Shown: one piece after another, positions 1 to 11,722 of the stretch
How positions within the stretch are numbered: position 1 is the stretch's first letter
How the letters are laid out: each line of letters starts with the position of its first letter
Assembly: GCA_964016885.1 (NCBI GenBank)
Contig: OZ024741.1
Coordinates: 373,612,001-373,676,000, forward strand
DNA from: Eledone cirrhosa
Lineage: Eukaryota
DNA: 64,000 nt
Direction: 5' to 3'
Notes under the pieces: generated by a model
Databases searched by the model: none
Told to the model about the DNA's origin: nothing
The model's input: only the letters and a program-made list of their open reading frames with translations
Made by a program: the position numbers and the translations under genes

Positions 1-4
1 TGTG

Positions 5-7
<3 letters not shown>

Positions 8-86
<79 letters not shown>
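8..86. repeat. (GA)n microsatellite
   Basis: Nearly pure GA dinucleotide run. Confidence 0.97.
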
Positions 87-89
<3 letters not shown>

Positions 90-879
90 TTTACTTAAAT
101 AAAACCCTGTTTTTCAAGATTTTACAACAATGATTGACTGCCATGAAATTGCAACAGACACAAATAGAATTACTTTTTTAAATAGCAAAATCCAGAAAAC
201 TCTATCTAATTAGTTGGCAATGTAACAAGAAGTGACATATTTTAAATATTTAGATCTTTTGCCAGAATTTCTTTTTAGGCTAGTTTTGGTTAGAATTTAG
301 TTAATTATTTTTGTTTTGTTTTTAAATTACAAAATGAACAAAAGTAGGAAGATATTTAAAAGAGCTAAACACATCCTTCTGAAAATGTTCCTGTTTCTGA
401 TTCTCTAATTATTAACTAATAATAGAATATTCATTGAAAGCCAACACCATTCCATATTTACCATACCTACCACATACATATGCAGGTGCAAACTTGAGAA
501 AATTTCTGTTGAATTTTGAGTAAAGAGAATTAATCCTGAAGATAGTAAATAACCTCCAGAGGTATTCTCCCAAACAGCGAATAAGCCACTACTGTTTCTT
601 AAATTAACAGTTGGCATTTTTTCTTAACTATTTTTTTTGTACATGTTAGCAAGTTTTATCAAAGCCAACTGTTTCCTGACTATATCAGTGTATTAAACAG
701 ATGCCGAAAATGGTTTGAATATCATAGTTTTTCTGTTCTGTCAGTAGCATTATAGTTATCCATCTCACCACCTTGCCACCAACACTATCTATTTCTTTTC
801 TAGTTAAATGTTATTAAACAGATTCTATATAAATCATAGGAAGCAAAATAATCGACATTTTGATGTTTATTCTAGATCT

Positions 880-2368
880 TGTATGTATGTAGACCCAGAA
901 TCTCCTGGTGGAATCATAGTGTTGCCATAGAGACATACATCATGTCTAGGGCATTTAAAACTTGGCAGAGCCCATCATCTCCCCAGCTCAGAACACAGCC
1001 AAATTTCTTCCACAGAAGGAGAGAGAGGATGTGAGAGAGAGAGGATGTGTGAAAGAGAGGGGATGCGAGAGAGAGGGGATGCGTGAAAGAGAGGGGATGC
1101 GTGAAAGAGAGGGGATGAGCGAGAGAGGGGATAAGAGAGAGAGGGGATGAGAGAGAGGATATGAGAGAGAGGATGTGTGAGGGGGTGATATGGGGGTGAG
1201 AGATGGTGAGAGGGGGAGAGGGGGGTTGAGAGAGGGGGGTGATAGGGGGGGTGAGAGATGGGGGGAGAGAGAGGGGGATTTGAGAGAGAAAGGGGGGATT
1301 TGAGAGAGATTGGGGATTTGAGAGAGAGAGGGATTTGAGAGAGAGGGGGATTCGAGAGAAAGAGGGGGGGATTTGAGAGGGAGAGGGGGGATTTGAGAGG
1401 GAGAGGGGGGATTTGAGAGAGAGAGGGCGATTTGAGAGAGAGAGAGGGCGGTTTGAGAGAGAGAGAGGGGGGTTTGAGAGAGAGAGAGGGGGATGAGAGA
1501 GAGGGGGGTTGTGAGAGAGGGGTTGTGAGAGAGAGGGGGGTTGTGAGAGAGGGGTTGTGAGAGAGAGAGGGGTTGTGAGAGAGAGGGGTTGTGAGAGAGA
1601 GGGGGGTTGTGAGAGAGGGGTTGTGAGAGAGAGAGGGGTTGTGAGAGAGCGGGGGGGGGGTGAGAGAGAGAGGGGGGGTTGTGTGAGAGAGGGGTTGTGA
1701 GAGAGAGAGGGGTTGTGAGAGAGAGAGGGGGTTTGTGTGAGAGAGAGGGATGTGAGAGAGAGGGATGTGAGAGAGAGGGATGTGAGAGAGGGGGATGTGA
1801 GAGAGGGGGATGTGAGAGAGAGAGAGAGGATGTGAGAGAGGGGGATGTGAGAGAGAGAGAGAGGATGTGAGAGAGGGGGATGTGAGAGAGAGAGAGGATG
1901 TGAGAGAGAGAGGATGTGAGAGAGAGGGGATGTGAGAGAGAGGGGATGTGAGAGAGAGAGAGAGGATGTGAGAGAGAGAGAGGATGTGAGAGAGAGAGAG
2001 GATGTGAGAGAGAGAGAGAGGGGTTGTGTGAGAGAGAGAGGATGTGAGAGAGAGAGGATATGAGAGAGAGAGAGGATATGAGAGAGAGAGGAGAGGATAT
2101 GAGAGAGAGAGGATATGAGAGAGAGAGAGAGGATATGAGAGAGAGAGAGAGGATGTGAGAGAGAGAAACATAGACGAAGAATCTACCCTAATATTCTACT
2201 GGATTTTTTTTTAAAAAACCCTAGTATTGTACTGGTACATTTTTGCCGTTAAAGAGATGAAAGGCAAAGTTGACCTCAATAGGATTTTAACACAGTTGAG
2301 AGAGCCAGAAGAAATACTGCAAAGTATTCTATTCAGCATTTTAATGACTCAACCAATTTTCTGTCTCT
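880..2368 (-). mobile_element. tRNA-derived SINE (long-tail subfamily) split by an internal GA-rich expansion
   Basis: 880-1020 is the reverse complement of the tail of the intact copy at 16847-17180 (gggcatttaaaacttggcagagcccatc). 2170-2368 is the reverse complement of its head and body (gatgaaaggcaaagttgacctc). Confidence 0.8.
1020..2168. repeat. GA-rich compound minisatellite (ggatgtgagagaga, ggttgtgagaga and ggatttgagaga variants)
   Basis: About 1.15 kb of tandem purine-rich units whose variants change gradually along the array. Confidence 0.95.
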
Positions 2369-2596
2369 TTCTCAATTTTACTATTCATTTATACCACCTC
2401 TTGCATATCATTTTATTAAATATTTGTAATTGTATTTAACTCTCATGACTACATTTCTAATGACAGACGCACTATTTTATATAATTAATTAATAATTTTT
2501 AGGAACTTAAAGTTATTGATTATTTTTATTGCTAAAATAGTAATTTAATATATGGTTCTTATATTAAAAATTATATTGGAAGATTTTAATTAAAAT

Positions 2597-2908
2597 AAGA
2601 ATCTTTTAAAATGGGTCGTTTGGGACAGGTTGATATCAACAATGGGTTAATAAAAATCCACAAGCTTATAACTAAGATCTCTAAATTACAATGTAAGTGA
2701 TATATCTTGAAAATAATTGTTTCTACTTTAGACACAAGGCCAGCAATTACCCAGTGCATATCTGGTACTGTGCCTAAAGTAGAAACAATTATTTTCAAGA
2801 TATATCACTTACATTGTAATTTAGAGATCTTAGTTATAAGCTTGTGGATTTTTATTAACCCATTGTTGATATCAACCTGTCCCAAACGACCCATTTTAAA
2901 AGATTCTT
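2597..2908. repeat. Near-perfect inverted repeat, arms about 140 bp, 32-bp spacer derived from a SINE 3' end
   Basis: 2597-2736 is the reverse complement of 2769-2908 with about one mismatch. Overlapping ORFs on both strands give nearly the same peptide. Confidence 0.93.
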
Positions 2909-2933
2909 GAAAATAATATTACAAATATATATA

Positions 2934-3108
2934 TAGTGAAATTCCGTAATAACGAAATTCACGGGGTATAGAAAAAATTCGTTGTAACGAAAAATTCTTT
3001 ATAATGAGATCAACCAAACAAATCGAGCATGTGACCGGTGATTGAAAAAGATTACATTATACGGAAAAATTCGTTATAATGGTATTCGTTATAACGGAAT
3101 TCATCCTG
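2934..3108. mobile_element. pogo/Tigger-like MITE (Tc1/mariner superfamily)
   Basis: Imperfect TIRs tagtgaaattccgtaataacgaa / ttcgttataacggaattcatcctg, TA flanks, internal ttcgttataa sub-repeats. Confidence 0.7.
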
Positions 3109-3204
3109 TAGAGAGGTAGAGAGATAGATAGATAGATATGTAGTGGTGATGTGTGTGAGGAGGATGATGCTGGTGGTAGTTTCTTCTTGTCATCGTCATT
3201 ACTG

Positions 3205-3393
3205 AAGTGGTAGAGGTAGACCAAGAAAGACCTGACCAGAAGTTGTGAGAGCTGACCTCAAATCACTGAGACTCACAGAAGCAACGACAAAGTATTGCCA
3301 TGTGTAGAGAGATGCGTGCTTAGAAGGACCCTTCCAACCCATGCAGGTGTGGAAAATCGGGCGTAAAAACGAGATGGTGATAATGATGATGAT
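3205..3393 (+). mobile_element. RTE-clade LINE 3' fragment with (GAT)n tail
   Basis: Encodes GRGRPRKT-EVVRADLKSLRL, a typical RTE C-terminus, followed by a 3' UTR and a gatgatgat tail. Confidence 0.8.
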
Positions 3394-3412
3394 CACACAC
3401 ACACACACACAC

Positions 3413-4029
3413 GTCAACTCTCCCCGTCCGACGGGTACATCTCCCACCCACTTTGGGTTGGGTGAGAGATGTCTTTTCTTGTGAAAATGGGTATAGCTTT
3501 CATTGCAGTATCAGTAGAGGGTCGGACGCCATGCTTTCCAGCATAGTTACGTCCCTTTGCGATCTGATTTCAAATCCCGCCGAGGTTGACTTTGCCTTTC
3601 ATCCTTACGGGGTCGATAAAATAAAGTACCAGTAATGCACTGGGTAATTTGCTGGCCTTGTGCCTAAAGTAGAAACAATTATGTAAATTCTCCCCATTTA
3701 GACTAATTTCTCTCCGTTTTAGGACACTTTTTTTTTCATGGTACTCTACTCCGTTTGGGTTTTTAGAGGTTGGTAGGTCTATATATATATATATATAAAC
3801 AAGTTTAAACGAGTTGATAATACATGCAAGGTATATATTATTTGTATTTGATTAATTCCGAGAAGTTTATTCCAACAGGAATGGGATATTCTTGTTAATC
3901 TACCGAAACAGTTGTAAATCAATCAAATGTTTTAATTGGAATAAACTCCACGGAATTAATCAAATACAAATAATGTATACCTTGCATGTATTATCAACTC
4001 GTTTAAACTTGTTTATATAGTTATATCTA

Positions 4030-4067
<38 letters not shown>

Positions 4068-4254
4068 CAGACCTACCAACCCCTAAAAACCCAAACGGGG
4101 AGTACCATGAAAAAAAGGGTCCTAAAACAGAGAGAAATTAGGCTAAATGGGGAGAATTTACATAATGAAAGCTATACCCATTTTCACAAGAGAAGACATC
4201 TCTCACCAACCCAAAGTGGGTGGGAGATGTACTCGTCGGACGGAGAGAGTTGAC
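3413..4254. repeat. Nested foldback: outer arms 3413-3780 / 4069-4254, inner arms about 3794-3875 / 3936-4018, separated by (TA)n tracts
   Basis: Both arm pairs are direct reverse complements. The left outer arm is interrupted by a SINE at 3505-3680. Confidence 0.9.
3505..3680 (+). mobile_element. Young tRNA-derived SINE, 5'-truncated
   Basis: B-box-like ttcaaatccc. Nearly identical to copies at 7488 and 61863. Absent from the mirrored arm near 4160. Confidence 0.92.
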
Positions 4255-4257
4255 ATG

Positions 4258-4311
<54 letters not shown>

Positions 4312-4482
4312 GAGTGGTGAGCCCTTTCGCAACAAATCTACCTCATTCCAGAAATCATATATTTAGTAACAATTGTCCCCAAACCTCAACCAATACTAAA
4401 AGTCTACACCCAAAGAGAATCATTTAAAAAATTAATAAAACACAAATTATAAATAAAATTAAATACATAGAATAAAAACAAC

Positions 4483-6180
4483 ACCGGGTAGGCAGAAGGG
4501 GCTCGGCTGAGGCAGGCCTCGAGCAGATGATCCCGGCGTAAAAAATTGAAGACATTCCTCATGTCAAGCTTGACAATGAGGTGCCTGGAGTCCCTGGATG
4601 CCGGTTCTGATGGGCAGCTGTTGAAGAACTGCCAGGTTGCATGAGCGGCCCCCTCACAGCCATCGGACACGCCGACACCCAGTTGCACCGGAATAAACTC
4701 CTCACCCAGTTCGTGTGTTACGGACTTGCAGATCATCTTGGCAGCCAGCCTCCGGAAGACATTGCCCACAGCAATGGGGCGTATTCTTTATTCTTGAGAG
4801 CGGTGAGGCTGGCCGAAAAAAAGAGGCCTCGGGCGTAAGGCTCCAGGGCAGCATGGATGAGCCTATTGGTGAGCCCCACAATTGCACTCAGAAGGCGGCG
4901 CCCGGCCTCAGCGGAGAGAGGGGATGTCAACTCCTTGAGGTGGCCTGGAGACCATCAACACCTCCGCAGCTGCTAGCTGGGAAGGACCTGATGGCAGACA
5001 TGATATCTGCATCAGAAGCCACAAGGAGCAAATGGAGGTCGGGTGGGGGTATGGGTCAGATCAATGGGTGGCTCAGGGTGTTTGAGTCGCAGAGCAGCCA
5101 GGACCTCCTCGGTGGGTTGGAGGACAGTGTCCTCTGAGGCAACAACTCTGACTGCGGCCGAGACATCACCCATGATAAGCTTGGCGTTTACCTGGTCACG
5201 CAAACGCTTGGCGCTGGCCTCGGGGGTGGAGGTAGGGGGTACCTGAGGGTGGGGTGTGTGGCGTCCCTGGGCACGCTTGGAATGGGCGCTCGCTCAAAGG
5301 ACGAGACATTGGCCTTGACGAAGGCTGCTGTTGACCGGCCGCCCCGGTCAGCGCCAGAGCTGGGGAGGCCGAGGGCGAGTGGGGCGAAATAGAACAGCCG
5401 CTCCCAGTCACTGGCTCGTTTGGAGTCCAGGGCGCTCTCAATCGAGGAAGCGAGGGCATCGGCTACCGGCACCCGTGCCGCTCTCGGTATCCTGAGTGGG
5501 ATCTTCCGGAGCCGCCTGAGCCGAGCGATGTTGACCAGCGAGGCTCGGGCGTCAGGTAAGCTCGCTATCCCATCTGGTGGTGTGCCAGACGGCCGTGGCT
5601 GGGAAGACGTGGGGAAGCGGCAGCTCCTGCACCTCCACGCTGTGAGGGCATTGGAAGCTCGACGATTCAAGCCAACGCAGGTGAGGTGGTGGAAGCAGCC
5701 GCATCCCAAACAGTTCCGGCCCCTCTTCCGTTTGTTAGTGGTGCTGCAAGTGTCGGCTTAGAGGGATGGGGGTGGGTCCGAGGACTGGGGCACCGAGCGG
5801 CATCAGGGGTGGGTGGCTGGCGTGTGTGGGTGGAAGGGAAAGTGCTGGTAAGAGGGCCTCATAGTTCACCTATATATATAGAGGTGTCATAAAACAAGAG
5901 AGAAAAGAAGGTGCTGCATGGAGGGGGAGACACATGAATGAGTGAATGGATGAATGTAAAAAAAAGGGGTGGGGGGAAACAGGGGGTTGTTCCCAGCGGA
6001 AAGACCCAGAGTTCAGCACGCACACAAGCGAGCAACTTAGCAGTTTGTCATAGGACCTTGTGGCTGGAGGTGAGTCACTGATGCTGGGGTTGGCTTCCTC
6101 TTGTTAATGGTAGAGTTGTTGTTGTTAATGTCACTGTTGTCGTCATTGCCTTCCTCTTGTTAATGGTGAAGGTATAGAGC
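4483..6180 (-). mobile_element. CRE-clade-like non-LTR retrotransposon, 5' part (PHD-like finger plus N-terminal reverse transcriptase), frameshifted and 3'-truncated
   Basis: GC-rich island. Peptides CLGCGCFHHLTC...WRCRSC, LTALKNKE, GNVFRRLAAK, VQLGVGVSDGCEGAAH and VKLDMRNVFN occur in successive frames and match CRE-type RT motifs. Confidence 0.8.
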
Positions 6181-6571
6181 GAAATACAAAATTCACCAGC
6201 AGACAATTATATAAAAAAAAGTATATAGAAATAAAAGTTAACATTTCTGTCTGGGATATAAATATTTGCTTTACATTTTCGCAAACATCGTAACGATATT
6301 CTCAATGGACGCGCTTACAATATTTGAATATAACTGAACCGTCGTGTCATTTAATTTGAAAATTGGAGCAAAGTAAATTTGGAGTGTCAATCCTTGTTTT
6401 TTTTTTTGTTTTGTTTTTTTCAATACCGGACTTACAGTTTTCCAGGATTTATAGACTCATTTGTTTTTATTTTTTCTTCAAAAGGATGGAGGCGTTTCAT
6501 CTCCTCATGAAACTGACGTTACTTAATGATGCCCGTCATCTATGGCTTATTCATATGTATTATTTCATAAC

Positions 6572-6699
6572 TATGTTCATTTTGAGTTCAAATCCCGCCG
6601 AGGTTAACTTTGCCTTTCATCCTTACGAGGTCGATAAAATAAAGTACCAGTAATACACTGGGTAATTGCTGGCCTTGTGCCAAAAGTAGAAACAATTAT
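6572..6699 (+). mobile_element. SINE, 5'-truncated
   Basis: gagttcaaatcccgccgagg...gtagaaacaatt family consensus. Confidence 0.9.
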
Positions 6700-7487
6700 T
6701 TTATAACTCTATAGAACGTTTAGAATGTTTGTGCAGTGTTCTGTGTCCAGCCAGGTTTGTACAACAGGTAAGAAAAATGATGATTCGGTAACGGTTTCTT
6801 CCACGTCGGAAGATCGAAGTGTGTTTTCTTGTCTTCTTCAATACTTTCATAAACGGCTTCGGAGATTTAAAATTTATGTTTCCATTGGTGCTTCCATTTC
6901 CACACGGTTCTATTGTCTTATTTACAAAAATGTATTTATGTATGTGGTTATTTAGTTTTCCTTTCTTTCCCACTTTATCTTGTCTGTTGTTTTGTTTCGT
7001 ATTTCACTTCTCTTTGTGAAGACTAAAATCCAAAGAGGGCTCGATAAGGATAAATATATATATCAAATATATAAGAACCCTAGAGCAAATATTTATTAAA
7101 ATAACAGATTAAAGTTTAAGTAAAGAATCGCTGCTTTCACCCTTAACGGGAATGTAAATCTCTTCATAAATTAAGTCTCGAACAAATAAAGTAAATACAG
7201 AAAAAGAGTGTAGAAAATAAAAGTCTCACAAAATATGAAATCTGCGCAAATCATATAGTAAAACTACATTTCATAGTTATTTCCTTTGAATGTTCAACAT
7301 ACAGCAAACTCACAAATACCTTAAGAATACAAAGGAACGATAAAGCCTCTGAATGGCTTTACGATCTAGTTATATATGCATCACAAGCAGTTGTTACGTA
7401 ATTTGCATCCAGTGAATGCGAGTGTCGTATATCGTTTTGTTTTACTTGATACATATTAACAAAAACGTTTGAACTTATTATTTTGTT

Positions 7488-7660
7488 GTATCGGTAGAGG
7501 GTCGGACGCCATGCTTTCCAGCATAGTTACGTCCCTTTACAATCCGAGTTCAAATCCCGCCGAGGTTGACTTTGCCTTTCATCCTTACGGGGTCGATAAA
7601 ATAAAGTACCAGTAATGCACTGGGTAATTGCTGGCCTTGTGCCTAAAGTAGAAACAATTA
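7488..7660 (+). mobile_element. Young SINE
   Basis: Near-identical to 3505-3680. Confidence 0.92.
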
Positions 7661-7687
7661 TATTTATAAGGTTCCTAACAATAATTA

Positions 7688-7844
7688 CTGTATTTCCCGG
7701 CGCCTAAGACGCTTCAACCTCGAGGACACACCCTAATTTTGACAACCAAAAATTTGAAAATAAATAATAAACAACCTTCGGCCTGGTAGATTGTTTACAC
7801 TTATATTAGGAAAAAAGTAGCGCCTTCGACGCCGGGAAATACGG
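7688..7844. mobile_element. pogo/Tigger-like MITE
   Basis: TIRs ctgtatttcccggcg / cgccgggaaatacgg flanked by TA on both sides. Confidence 0.85.
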
Positions 7845-7893
7845 TAATTGTTTATATGTATGTATTTCTATATATTTGTTATATGATAATAAA

Positions 7894-8085
7894 ATAATTG
7901 TTTCTACTTTTGGCACAAGGCCAGCAATTACCCAGTACATTACTGGTACTTCATTTTATCGACCCCGTAAGGATGAAAGGCAAAGTTTAACTCGGCGGGA
8001 TTTGAACTCAGAATGGAAAGGGCCGTAACTCTATGCGTCAAAGCATGGTGACTGACCCTCTACCCATACTGCCAATCCACCGCCC
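7894..8085 (-). mobile_element. Full-length SINE, inverted relative to the 7488 copy
   Basis: Reverse complement starts gggcggtggattggcag (A-box-like), contains gagttcaaatcc (B box) and ends gaaacaattat. Confidence 0.92.
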
Positions 8086-8199
8086 AAAGGAAAAAAGTTA
8101 ATAGATATCTATTATGGAGAGTAACAAATAAATGCTTACAAAACAAATATGAAGTACAAAATGGAGCCAAATGGGCAATACTTTGTTTTAAGATCACAA

Positions 8200-8790
8200 G
8201 ACAACTTCCTCCGGGGAAATGTCTTCTCTATTCTGTCAGCCGGGGCCACGGAGCGGTCAGTGCGTGGAGTTCCCATTTACTAGTGAGAGATGGAGGAGAG
8301 CGGGTGAGACAGTGGTAGTGGTAGTTTGGTTCTTTTGTGTGCAGACCTGGTGTATATGTATATGTTTCACGGATACACACTCATGATACATAGTATATAA
8401 GTATATTTCTATTGTGTATTTATTGACAAATGTCAAAGAAATTACCTCTACTGAACTTCAATAGTCGTAATCCTATTTCATTTACTTCCAGTTACCTACT
8501 CATCACCATAGGCGCTGAGCTGGCCAGCCGCAGGTGTGAGCCTCGCAAGTTGGAATGGCTCTTCCAGCGCATCTCCCTTACCATCCTCCGGGGAAACGCC
8601 TTCTCCATTCTGTCCGCCGGACACGGGGCTGTGGGGAGGCCAGCACGTGGGACCCCATTTGCTCACCATACGGAGAGATGGGGAGGGCGAGAGAAATGGA
8701 GGCGATGGCAGTTCGGCTCTTCCACGTTCGGACCTATCCTTGTGGTTGTGTTCATCAAGCCCTAGTCCAGTAACGGGATTGAGTTAATCA
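8200..8790 (+). mobile_element. Two 3'-end fragments of a CRE-like element (end of RLE domain plus 3' UTR)
   Basis: IGAELASRRCEPRKLEWLFQRISLTILRGNAFSIL matches the CRE C-terminal FQR.S....RGNA motif. A more diverged copy lies at about 8205-8350. Confidence 0.75.
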
Positions 8791-9070
8791 TAGAAATATT
8801 TATAAGAGCTAAACAGCTTTGTTTATGAGTTTTGTTAGTAAAAAGTCTGTTTTGCAGATACACCAACAACTTAAATACTAACATATCTATCTATCTATTA
8901 GTATGCATTTGTAACTTGTAAAAATAAATGTTTACCAATGAAAGAATTATACTTCCGGTCATATTCGTAATTCATGGAAGATATCCTATAGCCTGTGTTT
9001 TGTTGATCCAGAACATATATAAGTGGAACGCAGGACCCTGACCAAGTTGAAAGTTTAGTAGCTCCAGTTA

Positions 9071-9847
9071 CCGTATATTCTTGAATATCAGCTGAGAAAT
9101 ACGTGACGAAAAAAAAAAGGATTGTAAAAATGCTATCGACTTATATTCAGGGTCAATATTTTGACAGTTTTCACCAACTACAAATTCTATGTAAATAAGT
9201 GCTAAAATATCTGGAGTGATTATTTCAAACCGAAACTCTTTTTTCTATATTTACTACATCGTTATTGATGTTATATATGCCTTCCCCTAAAAATATTTCC
9301 AACAACGTTTTAGAATTTGAACTTTTTAATACATAAATACACCAATACACGTACACACATGTTTTTCTATTATAATATTTTTTCTTTCAATCTTCTGATA
9401 TTTTATTGCCCTCCATTCTCGTTCTTTCCCTCATTTTTTCTTGTTTTATCTCCCCTCACTCTCACTTGCTGTCTCTTCTTCCCTCTTCTATTCTATGAAT
9501 CCTTTTACAAAGTTCTCTTATTCGATCTTTTGCTTTGAAAGTACTCCTTAGCACGTGAGTGGTTGGAAGTAAAGAAAAATTCGACAAACTTGTTGAAACT
9601 TAACATAATTGAAACCCATTACGTAATGGAGTTGTGAAACAAAGACTATACTCTAATGATACTTAAAACATTTTAAACATCGTAATATTAACATTTTATA
9701 AACATTTTATTCTCATGAGAATTTCAAAACCACGCCATTTAAACAATGTGCTAATTAGCTACATTGGCTTATAAACAGATTTGGATTTTTGCCCATTTCT
9801 CAAACATAAAATGGGTGGGGAGTTGGATTATATTCGAGTATATGTGG
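9071..9847. mobile_element. Non-autonomous Tc1/mariner (pogo-like) element
   Basis: TIR ccgtatattcttgaatat / atattcgagtatatgtgg with TA flanks. Related copies at 11723-12209 and about 15460-15620. Confidence 0.65.
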
Positions 9848-10162
9848 TAAGTACTAACATGGACAGTGACAACTCATCGAGCCCATAAAAGTATGGAAAA
9901 GCACACATTAAATGTTGATGACATACGCATTATGTGTGAGTGCATACGCATGTGCTAGAGAACATTTTCAGTCCCCAGTACCTGCTTGCGAGGAACTTAA
10001 TGAACATAGGTCTACACGTGGAGCAACTCTAAGATGCCAACTTCTAAAACAGTAGTGACACCGAAAGAAATAAAGAACTATGTAATAACAATTATAATAT
10101 TCTACGTTTTGACAAAAATATTGTTTCATATATATATGTTTCATAGCTATATTTTAATAGGT

Positions 10163-10985
10163 CATCATCATCACCGTTTTACGTCCGTTCTTCCACTCTA
10201 GCATGGGCTAGACAGGTTGTCGTGTTGTGATGAGCAGTGTCCGGTCGGCTGTCCTTGTCTTGCTCATATGGGAACTGATTCTGGCTTGGTTTCTACAGCT
10301 AGATGTCCTTCTTAACACCAACCTCATTTACAGTGAGTGCAGGGTGCTTTTTTCCGTGGCGCCTACACGTCCACTTTACAGTGTAGGCTGGGTGCTCTTT
10401 TACCGTGGCACCTCCACAACCACTTTACAGTGGGAGAGGGTGGGGCATATTGTTTATATGCTTCAGCTTGTACCCATGGGAAGTCGGGTGTTCTGTATTA
10501 CTGCATGATGCCAGAGGTCAATGTCGTGTGTCATCGCCTTTGAGAGGTGCAATTGGGTAAGATCGGCTTTTATCACCTCATCCCAGGTCTTGTTGGGTCT
10601 CCCCACTCCGTGGCTTCCATCGACATCTAGTGCTCTGCACCTTTTTATGCAGCTGTCATCCTTCATATGCATCACATGTCCATACCAATGCAACCACCTC
10701 TCCTGCACACAGCATTTGATTCCTATTATGTTCAGTCTCTTTCTCAATTCGTGTATGCTTTGCCGTTTGCGTATATTACTATTACACATCCATCGGAGCA
10801 TGCAAGCTTCGTTTCTTTCTAATCTACGCAAGTCTTCTGCAGACAGCACCCAGGTCTCACTACCATGTAACATTGCTGTTTGTATACATGCATCATACAG
10901 TCTGCCTTTCATTTTGAGGGAAAAGCCTTTTGCAGCTAGCAGTGGCAGTAGCTCCCTGAACTTCCATCTCATTCTTACCCTAGAT
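10163..10985 (-). mobile_element. RTE-clade LINE 3' fragment with long 3' UTR and (ATG)n tail
   Basis: ORF 10463-10972 has AMLHGSETW, LHWYGHV and GRPNKTW. Close paralogue at 36318-37045. Confidence 0.92.
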
Positions 10986-11110
10986 GTTTCATAGTTATAT
11001 TTTAATATATATATATATGTTTTAATATATATATATATATATAAAGAAAAAAAGATGAAATTGAAAATGCAACTGGAGTCTTATTTTTTAAAAAATATAT
11101 TTATTTGGTT

Positions 11111-11148
11111 CCTTTACCGGTTTCGCAGTTCTTCTGGTTTTCAAAAGT
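11111..11148 (-). ncRNA. Degenerate hammerhead ribozyme-like motif
   Basis: Minus strand reads ctt-ttgaaaa-ccag-aagaa-ctgc-GAAA-ccgg-TA-aagg. The 3' half is canonical but the CUGANGA box is decayed. Followed by aataaa and a (TA)n tract. Confidence 0.45.
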
Positions 11149-11722
11149 AGAGTTGAGATGATAGGGACTGGGGTCCCTATCATTCCACTGCAAAGTGGTC
11201 ATGGAGGTGCCACGGCAAAAAAAGCACCCAGCACTCACTGTAAATGAGGTTGGTGTTAGGAAGGGCATCCAGCTGTAGAAATCAAGCCAGAATCAGTTCC
11301 CGTCCCACCCTTGCAAGCAGGGAAAAGCGGACGTGAAATGATGATATATATATCTGGGGCGGGTAAAATTCCTGGGTATGACATTAAACTGTATCCAGTG
11401 GCAAGGCTCCAGTTCAGGAGTTCAAGAGCTGTGGGGAATGTGGAGTTACCACTTAGTTGTTATCACTCCCAGGTCTGATCTGGCCCGGAGTAGTACCTGT
11501 TAGGGCCCCATTTATGAGTTAAAGAATTACCTTACTCAAGTGGCACTGGTAAGGTATTATTAGCCATTGAAAAGAACTATATATATATATATGTTTCCTA
11601 GCTATATTTTAATAATTATTTCAATACCAGAAGGGAAAGACCTGTTTAACATATACTTATATTACACACATTTCAAATCAAACTATCACATTGAATGCTG
11701 AACATGGTTTACACCAGAATTA

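Noticed and set aside
975-2171. 398-aa S/L/H/P-rich ORF
   Set aside because: Translation of the CT-rich strand of a minisatellite inside a SINE.
5985-6100. HDV-like ribozyme in the 5' UTR of the CRE-like element
   Set aside because: Only a cccagc/gctggg pairing is visible. The nested double pseudoknot could not be built by eye.
7894-8085. tRNA genes at A/B-box sequences
   Set aside because: These are SINE heads without a cloverleaf, always followed by the SINE body.
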